A stretch of DNA of 64,000 nt from Heptranchias perlo (lineage: Eukaryota). The number at the start of each line of letters is the position of its first letter. Position 1 is the stretch's first letter. Of this stretch, positions 1 through 11,140 are shown piece by piece. The stretch covers positions 184,450,001 through 184,514,000 of the forward strand of contig NC_090325.1 of NCBI RefSeq assembly GCF_035084215.1, written 5' to 3'. The translations under genes and the position numbers were made by a program. The notes under the pieces are model-generated. The model did no database searches and was not told the origin of the DNA. It was given only the letters and a program-made list of their open reading frames with translations.

Positions 1-837
1 AATATGTAATACTCTGTTTTGTCTAGGGTCAGGTTGTACCACATCTGTGGTGAGCTTTGTAGGTAAATTGAGTGTAATGAGCGCTGGGAGATGGAAGAAC
101 AGATGAGATAAAACTGGAGGAGGAGAGGAGTTTGAAGTTGTTCTTGCAATTTTAAGCGATGGTGCAGAAGTAAGCAGATTTGGCTGTGGAAGGGGAGATA
201 ATAGTACTGGTCGAGGTGGTAAGCTCTTAGAGTGGGCAGCTGGGCCAGTCAGTCGCCATGTACATTTGATCTGAGAGGAGCAAAGAAACCAAAGGGAGAC
301 GGTTGTGGGGTAGAATGTTAAAGGAGATGAAGTCATCACAGGTGGTAGACCAGAAAAGGTTGGCATTCAAAAGGGCACTTGAAAAAAATTGCAGGGTAGT
401 TTTTCCCCCTAGGGCCAGACGAGAGTGGAGGAACTTGGGGCAGGCAGAAAAGATAAGTTTTTTTTTATTGTTTTGTTGGATATCAGCACACACAAATTGG
501 GCCCCAACCCAAAGCCATTATTCATTCAAAAACTTCATAAAAGAAGCTAACACACACAAAAGGCTTCAGATTTACCAGGAGCTCTAGAGACAAGCAACTC
601 TAGACAAACAATGTCACTGAAGTTCCTATACTCTTCACTTTAGACTGGACGTCAGAGATATACATTGCTGATGTGCTGAAGAACTCTCCATTTATCAGAT
701 GCCAGCAAGATTACCAAGTGTTAAATGCTTTGACTGCTTCTTCCAGTAACTCACACCAGGGAAGGAAAATCTAAAGGGCTGGTGTCTCCATGAGGCAATA
801 AATTCAATGTTTTTAAAAAATACTGCAATTAGGTGAA

Positions 838-1630
838 TTAAAGATCATTAAAGTCTTAACTGCAGATTTAAAAACCGATTTTTTTTCAGGGTCAGAAACT
901 GAGAAATTGATATGGGGGGGGGGGGGGGGGAAACAGCACCATAGAATGCAGGGAAAATCAGCAAATATTAGTTATATTTGGAACATCACTAGAAGTCAAG
1001 AAAAGAAGCAAGGGACTAAATGTACAGTTAAGCTAAATGACCAACCCTGCCTTTTAAAATGGTACACTAGTTCCAAAATTTCAGGCAAGCTTGAAATGTA
1101 CCATCTAAATTAAAACAAGATTTTGACACTGTATAATGGAATCAGCATTTGTTTTTAAACAAAGTAATAAGACCGCTACAAGGATATTTCTTGGCACAGT
1201 TTGCTCTCCAGATTTGTACCAGACGCCTCTGTTGTCAGCCAGGTATTGTAACTCCTTACATGTGTGCATAAATGTATTTCTGTACCCAAAGGATGCTATA
1301 GATGCACTGATCAAAAATTAGGGCCTTATTAACTCAACACTGAAAGATGCTAAGAGTACAATCACTGACCCCAATTCCCTGTTGAATTTGGCACTGAAAT
1401 ACACGCACGTTGCAGTAGTGACAATAATCACACACGTTGCATGATTTACATGCAATGTGTGACACACAACACATGCAATGTGCAAGCAGATATCTCTACT
1501 ACAAAGCACACACATCCTAGGACCCAATTTTCAGCACAAAGATTAGGGAAAATTCTGGGATTTTAATACAAAACTCACGAGAGAATTTTTTAAAAACAGA
1601 TCCACCAACCCCCAAAAAATCCAGGAATGG
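838..1630. mobile_element. Diverged copy of the non-autonomous TIR element at 15554-16410
   Basis: Starts AAAGATCATTAAAGTC like the TIR of the 15554 copy; shares internal blocks (ttggaacatcacta / ttggagcatcgcta; gatccaccaacc..aaaaaatc). Confidence 0.55.
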
Positions 1631-1794
1631 GTACTGATTCCTAGTTACAATACTTGCCACATATCACATTGATAGTGTAGTGCACCAAAGAGAACCTTTG
1701 CGTTTCTTATGGATGACTTTGAAAACTTATTCTTGGCTCATGATATTTCTTATAATGTAAAATACACATTCGTTTCCATTGCAAATAAAAACCA

Positions 1795-2050
1795 AAAAAG
1801 CTGCAAGTATTGCCAAATCTGAAGCAAAAACATAAAATGCTTGAAACACACACATCAGTCAGCATCTGTGGAGAGAACAGACAGCCAACAGTTCAAGTGT
1901 AACCCTTCAACACAGCTGAAAAAATGAAAAGTAAACAATGAAATAGAAATCAGAACTTATGAAGGGTTACACCCAAAACATTAACTTGCCTGTTCTCTCC
2001 AAATCCTGAATGACTGGCTGCATGTTTCCAACATTTTCCAATTTTTAAAT
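1795..2050. mobile_element. Old Penelope-like pseudo-LTR pair in inverted orientation (second, decayed family)
   Basis: cagcatctgtggagagaacag..gtgtaacccttca (1860-1909) is the reverse complement of tgaagggttacac..ctgttctctcca (1959-2001); decayed hammerhead-like core ttatgaagggttacacccaaaacatt. Confidence 0.5.
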
Positions 2051-2225
2051 TTCTATCACCCCCCTCTCAAGCACTTAAACCATAGACGTTTACAATGCAG
2101 AAGGAGGCCATTTGGCCCATCGTGTCTGTGCCAGCTCTTTTCTGGAGCAATCCAAAACTAATCCTACTGCCCTGCTCTTTCCCTATACCCTGTATCAATC
2201 CCAAACTAATCCCAATGTGCCACTC

Positions 2226-2757
2226 TAGAATCATAGAATCATAGAAGTTACAACATGGAAACAGGCCCTTCGGCCCAACATGTCCATGTCGCCCAGTTTA
2301 TACCACTAAGCTAGTCCCAGTTGCCTGCACTTGGCCCATATCCCTCTATACCCATCTTACCCATGTAACTGTCCAAATGCTTTTTAAAAGACAAAATTGT
2401 ACCCACCTCTACTACTGCCTCTGGCAGCTCGTTCCAGACACTCACCACCCTTTGAGTGAAAAAATTGCCCCTCTGGACCCTTTTGTATCTCTCCTCTCTC
2501 ACCTTAAATCTATGCCCCCTCATTATAGACTCCCCTACCTTTGGGAAAAGATTTTGACTATCTACCTTATCTATGCCCCTCATTATTTTATAGACTTCTA
2601 TAAGATCACCCCTAAACCTCCTACTCTCCAGGGAAAAAAGTCCCAGTCTATCTAACCTCTCCCTATAAGTCAAACCATCAAGTCCCGGTAGCATCCTAGT
2701 AAATCTTTTCTGCACTCTTTCTAGTTTAATAATATCCTTTCTATAATAGGGTGACCA
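2226..2757 (-). mobile_element. CR1 LINE 3' fragment (ORF2 C-terminus plus 3' tail), nested in an older CR1 tail
   Basis: ORF 2311-2715 QKRFTRMLPGL..RLGLFSLE..RGDLIEVYKIM..RGHRFK is the typical CR1 ORF2 end; (tagaatca)n tail repeat at 2226. Confidence 0.9.
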
Positions 2758-2920
2758 TATCCTGCATCAATCCCAAAACCCCGCTCTCTCCCCATATCCT
2801 GTAACAATCCCAATGCCCTGCTCTCTCCCCATACCCTGTATCAATCCCAAACTAATCCAAATGCCCCACTCTCTCCCCATACCCTGTCTCACCCTCTGCT
2901 CCAATTTTCCCTTAAAAGGT

Positions 2921-3069
2921 AAACAATTTTACAACACCAAGTTATAGTCCAGCAATTTTATTTTAAATTCAAGAATTTAAAATAAAATTGCTGGACTATA
3001 ACTTGGTGTTGTAAAATTGTTTACAATTGTGAACCCCAGTCCATCACCGGCATCTCCACATCATGACTA
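2921..3069 (+). mobile_element. Miniature Penelope-like fold-back insertion
   Basis: 12-bp TSD CCCTTAAAAGGT (2909-2920, 3070-3081); perfect 51-bp inverted arms 2920-2970 and 2973-3023; tail CCAGTCCATCACCGGCATCTCCACATCATG shared with 3 other copies. Confidence 0.85.
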
Positions 3070-3559
3070 CCCTTAAAAGGTGCAATGGTTTCTGCCTTAA
3101 AATCCTACAAAATCCAAAATCTGTCGCAAAGCATTCCATGCTCCAACCTCCATGGAAAGAAATTTCTAAGCTCTCTCCTCACTCTCAGTGATCATTTTAA
3201 ATTGATGCCATCACCACTCACCCATCACCAACCAGAAGTCCTATTCATCTATCAAAAACTATACATAATTTTAAAACCCTAAATTAAATCTGCTCTCTGC
3301 TTCAGTGGAAACAGTCCCAGTATCTACTCGCAGCTATAGTTTATCATCCCTGGCACCATCCTGGTGAATCTCCGCTGTACGCTCTCTTGTGGCTTAAATG
3401 TCCTTTCTATAATGGGGCTCCCAAATCTGCACACAGTAAACTGCGGCCTGACCAGTGTTTTATACAAATTTATCATCACTTCTTCAGTCTTGTAAGCCAC
3501 GAAGTAACTTGGTTTCCACCTTCCCGTCCCCTTTAAAGTGTTCCAGGGGGTTTTTTAAT

Positions 3560-3900
3560 CGCCCGCCGGGCCTGTTACCTAAGCGCCATGTCCTCGCCGC
3601 CCGCAGCATCCCGCCTGCCCACCGGAAGGGGTACGAGCGTTGCGCGCGCGCGCACAACACGCCGAGCTACCAACGAGCGCGCGACACCTCAGTCCTCGCG
3701 CGCACTGGTTTCGATGATTTGAATCGTCAACCGCTGCGTCATCAACGGACCAGAGAGCGCCCAGGAGCTCCTGACCGCGCCGGAAGTGACGAGTACCATT
3801 CGGGCTCTGAGTTGAGTGAGTGGAGCGCAGCTTGCTGTTAATGTGGGCCGGGCCAGGCCAGGCCGAACCGAGGGGGTTGGAGTCCGTCACTGTAATGTGA
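3560..3900. promoter_or_regulatory. CpG-rich bidirectional promoter (HELQ and divergent gene)
   Basis: Dense CpGs in a CpG-poor background; ETS/GABP sites CCGGAAG (3622) and CCGGAAGTGAC (3780-3790); TGCGCGCGCGCGCA palindrome (3641-3654, NRF1-like); YY1-like GACATGGCG on the minus strand. Confidence 0.75.
3579..3589 (-). CDS. Candidate first coding exon of a divergent gene (probably mitochondrial ribosomal protein S18C)
   Basis: Minus strand reads GGAC ATG GCG CTT AG|GTAACA (start codon followed by a donor site). Identity inferred only from human head-to-head HELQ-MRPS18C synteny. Confidence 0.4.
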
Positions 3901-4039
3901 TTTCTAAAGACATGGGGAGGTTTGGCCTGCCTGGAACAGCAGCAAACCTAGACACGCCTGCACAAAGCGTCAGCTCCCAATCAGCGTGCACCGTATGAAT
4001 TTAAACTGTCAGCACAGTGGGACGATATTAGTGAGAAGT

Positions 4040-4370
4040 GATTATGACAGCTGTAGTGTGTGTGTGAACTTTGGGGTGTCATTGTGAATGTTCTAGTATG
4101 AGTGTGAACATTGAGGTGTGAGTGTGACAGTTCTAATGTGATTGTGAACACTATGAATGTGATTGTGGCCGTTCCACTGTGACTAAACATCAGGAGTGTG
4201 ATTGAATGCTCTAGTCTGATTGTGAACGTTAGGAGTATGATTTGGTCTTCTCTTGTGTGATGTGAACATTGGGGTGTGATAGTGACAGCCCTAATGTGAG
4301 TGCTAGGGGTGTGATAGTGACAGCCCTAATGGGAGTGCTAGGGGTGTGATTGTGACCGTTCTAATGCAAG
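4040..4370. repeat. Degenerate GT-rich tandem repeat
   Basis: Recurrent gtgtgattgtgaaca/ctaat units; near-perfect 35-bp duplication ggggtgtgatagtgacagccctaatg.gagtgcta at 4271-4340. Confidence 0.7.
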
Positions 4371-4453
4371 TGAAAATATTCCAGTTTGATTGTGTTTTTC
4401 TGGGGAGATGCTGAAACAAGACAGAACTGGTGTGGCACTGAGCGTGTCGTAAC

Positions 4454-4657
4454 ATGGATTTGGACCAGGCCAACAAGAGCCAGGATATTAATCAATGGGT
4501 TTCTATCCGGAAACGAGTTAGGGAAAGAAAAATCAGTGTCCAGACTCCACCGCCCAGCAAGAAAAAGAATAACCACATGAGCCTTCCTGAAATGAATGTG
4601 AAGGGAGAGGAGGAGGTACATCCTGCAGCATCACTGACCCAGGATTACATGGAGCAG
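4454..4657 (+). CDS. HELQ: HELQ coding exon 1 (disordered N-terminus)
   Basis: aacATGG start; MDLDQANK..VSIRKRVRER..YMEQ; donor CAG|GTACTG; phase 0 matches the next exon; only weak similarity to the human N-terminus. Confidence 0.65.
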
Positions 4658-5540
4658 GTACTGCAGTACACAGTGATGTGAAGATTTGCCAGACATATAC
4701 ACAACAGAATATGTGGATTTACACAAGAGATTTTAAAGGGATGCACAACACATTAAAAAAATACAGAAAAACTTGGGTAAAAGACAAAATAGATATAAAC
4801 AACAGAGAATGAGTTAAATAGAGATATGCAACCGAGATATAGATGTATATAAGACATGTAAAGGGGTGTATAGGATACAACAAATATCTACAACAAAGAC
4901 CTGGATTAAAAGAGAAACAACATATACAACATAGGCCCAGCTAAAAAAGATGTTCAAGATCTAACTGGCTTATACAAAGGACATGTACAAACAAACCAGA
5001 GATGTGCAACAGAGATTTGCTGATATACACAAGAGATGGATGTATAGAGAAATAGAGGATACATGTCAAGGACTAGTGGTAAATGGAAAATGAATCAATG
5101 AGTAGAGCCAACTTGGTAATTCACGAGGCATACAGATGTGACATGCTTGCTGTTTAAATTTAGAGGGTTACATGTGCTGAGGACTGTTTCTTGGCTCATA
5201 TTCCCACATAAACTACTAATGTGTCCATGCTTAATAAGGAAAACACTATTAAGATTCAATTAAAATTATGTCTGGCAAGGCTGTCTCCCCAACCCCAAGA
5301 GATTCCAGGGGATGTAATTATATCCACCAACCTCATGTTTAACCTCCTTTCACTCTGCCAAATCACACTTCTCTGCTGTCCAGGTCCTCAATGTTCATCA
5401 CCTTCAGCCCAGTTTCTAATTACTCTAATCTCAGACAATTAACATTTAACTTTGAAATCAATTTACAACTTTAATATTTTTAATTATAAATAAGTATGTT
5501 AGTTGAACTCCCATGACGTTACACACAGGGTGGGGAGATA

Positions 5541-5635
5541 GGTCATTTTGATAGTGCGCGTTAGTGTAAAATGGGTGATAGCGAATCGCAGCTATCACCT
5601 ATTTTACACTATCGCACAAAGTCAAAATTACCCCC
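5541..5635. mobile_element. Short palindromic MITE-like element
   Basis: agtgtaaaatgggtgatagc / gctatcacctattttacact stem with 8-nt loop, extended by ggtcattttga / tcaaaattacc. Confidence 0.6.
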
Positions 5636-5769
5636 AGGGAGTCACGGCCAAGTGTAGTCTTCACTGCAAGGTGAAGTGAAGTTAGAGGGTGGGAGTAATT
5701 GGGTCAGGGCACACAGACGTAATTCAGTTCCCATTTTAAAGTCTCACATTCTATTATTTTTATAATTCC

Positions 5770-5950
5770 ATTAATTATGAATTCCTCTGTCCACATTTAT
5801 AATAGAAACTGCCTATGTAAACTTATCACACTGTGATTCGACCCTCCAGTAAGTGGTGGTGCTGCAGTACCTCCACTGACGGAAGTATAATAACAAGTTT
5901 ACATAGACAGTTTCCATTATAAATATGGGCATAAGAATTTATAATGGAAA
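5770..5950. mobile_element. MITE with about 55-bp TIRs (second, partial copy at 10565-10700)
   Basis: catttataatagaaactgcctatgtaaactt is the inverse of aagtttacatagacagtttccattataaata; same internal sequence recurs at 10565-10700. Confidence 0.7.
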
Positions 5951-6996
5951 AAGTTGATGGGAAGTTCATACAGACATAAGCTTTTTAATGTACTTTTAGA
6001 TACTAATTGGTCTCCTGTGGTGCAAGTAGTTAAGATCAATTTGAATTTTTCAGGACAGGGAAGGGAGAGAAAGGGGAAAGAGGAGTGCTGAGGCAGGGGA
6101 ATTCAGATCAACGGGGATAGGAGTAGCATTTTAGGGGGAATGGCAGCCAGTGAGCGACTGGGGGGAATGGGATTGACAGCTAGTGGGGCGGAGGGGAAGG
6201 GGTCGAAATCTTGTTCATTGGGGGAGGGACCAAAATCTTGCTCATTTGGATGGTGTTGTCAATTCATCTGCTCCGGTTGAGGTGGTGTTGGGGGGGGTGG
6301 GGGTTGAGGGCTGAAATCTTCCTTCGTGGAGGCAGGGGGGGGTGGTTGTGTTGGTTTACTTGGTCACTTCATGATTTTCTGGTATCATGATTTTTATCAG
6401 AGACTAACACACAGATTCCTGTGTGTTTAGTTAGGGGCTATCATGTAATTGTTAGACTCGGCCCCATTGTAATGAATTGTTCACATAACGTTCTGTTTGC
6501 AGCAGCACCAGCTGGTGCAATAGCTTTATAATCTTGAGACCACTCACTTTTTATAATAAATAACAGATTTTTATATTTATATATAATGTGCATGTGTTTA
6601 TTTTTTTGTATACACTTAATCAAATTGAACGCAAGTTATATATGGTGTGCCAATATATCATTAAAAATTAATCTCTTTGAAGATAAATGTTATTCATTGG
6701 TCAGTTTTAAGCAAGATTTTCTCAGCCAAATAGTAACACTGAGCATAAAGTTTAGTGTATCTGTCCTTTCCCCATATTTAGAAGAGATGCAAATATCCAT
6801 AAAGGTCTGACTTGTACATCAAATTTTAGTTGTAAATTAATGAATAATTATTGCCAGGTTGTGATCTCCAAACTTTTTTCAGCCTCCAAGCTTTCCTCCT
6901 TGTGGTTTATTGTTTTTTTGTATTATTTGATGTGGATGAAATTACTTTGTGCACTACTTTAATTGTGAACTCTTTGTGCTACTGTATTTTTTTCAG

Positions 6997-7807
6997 GTTG
7001 ACTGTGACAGTCAAGAAGACCTCTTTGGGGACTATGATAGCTTTGCAGATGACAGCTGCTTTTTGGCAAAGCTTGAAGATACAGAAAGACGACATCCTGT
7101 TTGTACTTCAAGCCCAGTGGAAAATGAAAAGGAAGACTGGACATGCGCTGTGGAATGTCTGACAAAATTTCAGAATCCTGAGTTGCTTAATTGTTTGCAA
7201 AATGATGAGAACAAAACGCACAAGCATCCTACAGAAGATGCGATCTTTGCTGCTGTCGACGCAGTTACAGACTCTAGTAGGAATAAGAGTAATGCTGCTG
7301 CAACTGAACAGATTTGTACTAAAACTTTGTCTGTGTTGCATGATGAAAGCACAGATGAACTAGATGAGTTACCAAGCTCACAACTTGCACTATTGGAAGA
7401 ACTTAACTCGCCACCAATAAAACAAGAAAACAAAGAATTAGAATCAGAAAATAGTTGGTTGTTGAACTGCTGTGTCGATGACAACCCTGCTGTTCCTTCA
7501 ATTTTGGATAAAAAAGCGCTAATTCCTGATAAAATACAAAACCAATCAAGGACTACAAATTCTGGAACAAGTAAGCGGTTGAGTCTGAAAGATCAGATGA
7601 AAAATACAATGGCTGGAAATGCTAAGGCACCAGCTCCACAGACATCAAGATGTAAACAACTGAAGGAGATTGTTCTTTCTGAGGAAATAAATGTTGCTAT
7701 GAAAACGATTGAAGCTACTTCAGGCATTGATATGGGGCCTTTTTATGGACTTCCAAGCAAAGTTAAGGACCTGATTTTCCAGTTCAAAGGCATCAAAGAA
7801 CTTTATG
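6997..7807 (+). CDS. HELQ: HELQ coding exon 2
   Basis: tttcag|GTT; EDLFGDYDSF, SLKDQMKNTMAGNAKA, LSEEINVA, GPFYGLPSKVKDL match HELQ; donor G|GTAAAT. Confidence 0.95.
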
Positions 7808-8234
7808 GTAAATATGATACAAACTTTAATCAGGCATTTAACTGTCATAGCCATGTACTAGGTATATGGATAAAAGAGCCGATTAAGTTGACCAGTATTT
7901 ATGCCGTGATGGGACATGATATCCAAAATCTGTCTTAGGTTATTTCATGATTTACTTTCTCTACATCTTGCATTCGGTAACAACAGTACAACAGAACGTT
8001 TTCACAAATTCTATTACACTTGCTGGTTAATTTTTATAATTACAGAATATGCAACGAGAGTAGACGTTTATAGTGACAAATTTGTGCAGCGGCAAGACCT
8101 CTTGGTGAAAAGAAGACTGCTAATTAGCCTTAATGCTAACTTGATCTTAACACTACATTTAAGTATATTTTATTCCTGAAATACTAAAATGATTTATAGT
8201 GAAACATCTGGTGATCTTTTATTAAACTTTACAG

Positions 8235-8413
8235 AGTGGCAACATATTTGCTTGACATTAGAATCTGTGCAGGAAAGAAAAAATCTAATTTATTCACTGC
8301 CAACAAGTGGAGGGAAGACACTGGTTGCTGAGATTTTGATCATGCAAGAACTACTATGTAGGAAGAGAGATGTACTGTTTGTTCTGCCATATGTGGCTAT
8401 TGTCCAGGAAAAG
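8235..8413 (+). CDS. HELQ: HELQ exon 3 (Q motif, Walker A)
   Basis: [37 protein letters not shown]; AG/GT boundaries. Confidence 0.97.
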
Positions 8414-8523
8414 GTGAGAAAAACTGTTAACTAACTTACGATGCAATGTTTTTAGTTAGTCCTGCACTCTGAAATAACACAGATGAATTATTAGGGAATT
8501 GTTCATTTCTTTGATTCCTTTAG

Positions 8524-8724
8524 GTGCGAGGACTCTCGGCTTTTGGAATAGAATTTAATTTCTTGGTGGAAGAATATGCTGGAAGCAAAGGCAGGTTCCC
8601 TCCAATCAAGCGTAGACAGAAGAATTCCCTGTATATTGCCACCATTGAAAAGGCCCATAGTTTGGTGAATTCTCTAATAGAAACAGAAAGAATTAATAGT
8701 TTGGGACTTGTTGTAGGAGATGAG
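8524..8724 (+). CDS. HELQ: HELQ exon 4 (up to Walker B DE)
   Basis: [38 protein letters not shown]; donor GAG|GTAAGC. Confidence 0.97.
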
Positions 8725-9917
8725 GTAAGCTTACTGATTGTTGCCATATTGATTATCCAATTAACTGATTTTGTCTGTAGGATTAAAAAGAAGTTGAAAT
8801 GGCGGTGTAGAGGTGCAGCAGGTTGAAACAGCAATGTGCAGCATTATAGAGTGGAAGGTTGCAGATTCAATGCCTCATTCACTGATTCCCAATTTCATCT
8901 GCAGTCCATAGGAAGCAGCAGAGACAAGCTGCCCCCTCTCAAGGAAGAGGGACAATTGGAGGGGTGTCTTTACTAGTCACTCATACAAAGCTCCTGCAAG
9001 CAGGCGTCTTAGCAGCTGGAGCAGCATGGTTTCGCAGGGGAAGGGGAGAAACAGATGATTAAGTAATCTTGAGGGAAAGAGGTATGCTCTTTCTGAAGCA
9101 TAACGCCTTGTCCTAGGCTGAGTTCCAAAGATATACAGTATACAATTTTAAATTCCCAGTTCTAACTTACACGTTCTAGTGAAAATTTAGCTCATCGTAC
9201 TTCACTATTACAAAGTAGAGTTGTGTTACAATTCAGGCTTCCTCCCAGACTTTTTTAAAATTTGTGGTCATGGATGAAAGCAGCTTCCTTAGGCTGACTT
9301 GAGCCTCAAGTGATCCAGATCTTCTAACCTTATTCGTGCAGTTAATGGGTTAGCATGCCACAAGATTAATAATGACACTTTTACTGAGTTACTTTGCACC
9401 ACATTTACATATGGGTTTAACAGCTTATGCACTTGCTCTCTTTGTTAGACAGAAAAACCTTAAAGTTCAGGGTGTAACACCAGTCAAAATTATTGCAAGA
9501 GAGCAACTCACGTGGAAGTAAAATGAATACTACAGAACAGTGTTTAACTTACACACTAATATTTCTTAACCTGAAAATAACAAAGTATTTTGGAGTCTTA
9601 TGAGTACTTTTTCAGACTCTTCAAACTGAGTTCTTTTATGGCCTATTATACGCAGCAGGCCGGCCTTCAGAGTTTTCTCTCACTGCTGTGATGTGGAAAA
9701 TAAATGGTTAAACTGAGTGAAGTAAGGATGAACAGCTATTGCAAAAATAATAAGCTTTTCATGTCAGCAGTAATAGTTTTTGTCTCAAAATTGTCTTCCC
9801 CTTGATAAATACACCATTAAAGATAACAGATTTTGTTATAATAACAAAATAATACCTGCTTCCTCAAACTGCACAATTGCACAAGCACCGTATTTAAAAG
9901 CCTCCTATATGTGGCCA

Positions 9918-10500
9918 AATCTTTAAAGCTAGAAATAATTAAATAATTGCAATTTGTGTCTCTTTTTTTCCCATCATGGATTATACAGTTTTTTTGAACT
10001 CAGGTAAAAGGAAAAATTCATGGTTGCCATTCTGTCCCTGATGTGAACATAATTTTATTCTGGGCCTGAGCAATTAATATGTGGTGACTCCTCTCCAGGG
10101 GCTCATGCAGAAACATGAATGTTCTTGTATTCACTTAAATCCAGGCCCCAAAGTAGAGACAAAAGAAATCCTTTCAGAGTAGGTTACCAGAGCTCCATTT
10201 AAAAGTCACAATACTTCAGCCTAGCTTCAATTTCATATGAGCAAGATATAACAGGACAGGGCCTTGCATCCATTGCAGTCTGCTTATTCTTTCCCCATCT
10301 GGGATAGATATGGAAGGTGAGAGACCTTTGAAGGTGAGGTGGAACAAAGAGAAAACTTAAAAGTATAAAATTATGCTCTCATCAGGGACAGAATGGCAAC
10401 CATAAATTTTTCCCATTACCTGAGTTCAAAAAACTATAATCCGTGATGGGGAAGAAAGGGACAAATTGCAATTATTTAATTATTTCTACCTCTAAAGGTT
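9918..10500. mobile_element. Non-autonomous DNA transposon with about 140-bp TIRs
   Basis: 9918-10058 is the reverse complement of 10365-10500 (e.g. tagaaataattaaataattgcaatttgt; atggttgccattctgtccctgatg). Confidence 0.75.
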
Positions 10501-11140
10501 GTAGTTATAATATCTAGATATCATATATTAAAAATACTCATCTGTGTGCACTTCCTGTTAACTGTTTTCATTATAAATTCCTATTTCCACATTTATAATG
10601 GAAACTGCCTATGTTAACTTGTCACACTGTGATTTCACCCTCTTGCCAGTGGTGGTGCTGCAGCATATTCACTGATAGGAAAAACATGAACAAATTTACT
10701 CGGGACTTCTTTTGTTGAACTGCAGTAACTTCAGAATTTTGGTGGAAACCCTGTTTACGCACTTAGAGTTTCTGCTGAAGTAATGGTGGTGGAGTGGGAG
10801 AAGCCCTGAGAAAATTCACCCCATAGCAGTTACAACGCGGAACCAGGTCATTCAGCTGAACCAGTCCATGTCGCTGTTTACTCTCCACACAAGCAAGCAG
10901 TCCTAATCACAACTACCCACCTTGTTACCATATTCCTTAATTCCCTTTTTTCTTCATCCACCTATCCAATCTAATCTTGAATGTTGACGTAGTGTCTATG
11001 TCAACCACTAATCCTGGTAGTGAATTCCACAGTCTCTCACTCTCTGTGTGAAGTTTCTCTTGCTCTCTGTTTTAAATCTCTTATATTTAATCTTGCCAAT
11101 TCCAATGACCTGCATCCTGACTTGTACTGTGCCCACTTGC

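Noticed and set aside
1-590. ORFs 227-493 and 303-587
   Set aside because: No recognisable domain or splice structure; likely a decayed repeat
1260-1306. Possible minus-strand exon 2 in frame with the 3579-3589 exon (would give MALSASIASFGYRNTFMHT)
   Set aside because: Lies inside a probable transposon copy (838-1630) and shows no recognisable MRPS18C similarity
3455-3998. Overlapping ORFs of 60-128 aa across the promoter
   Set aside because: Expected from GC-rich, stop-poor CpG-island sequence
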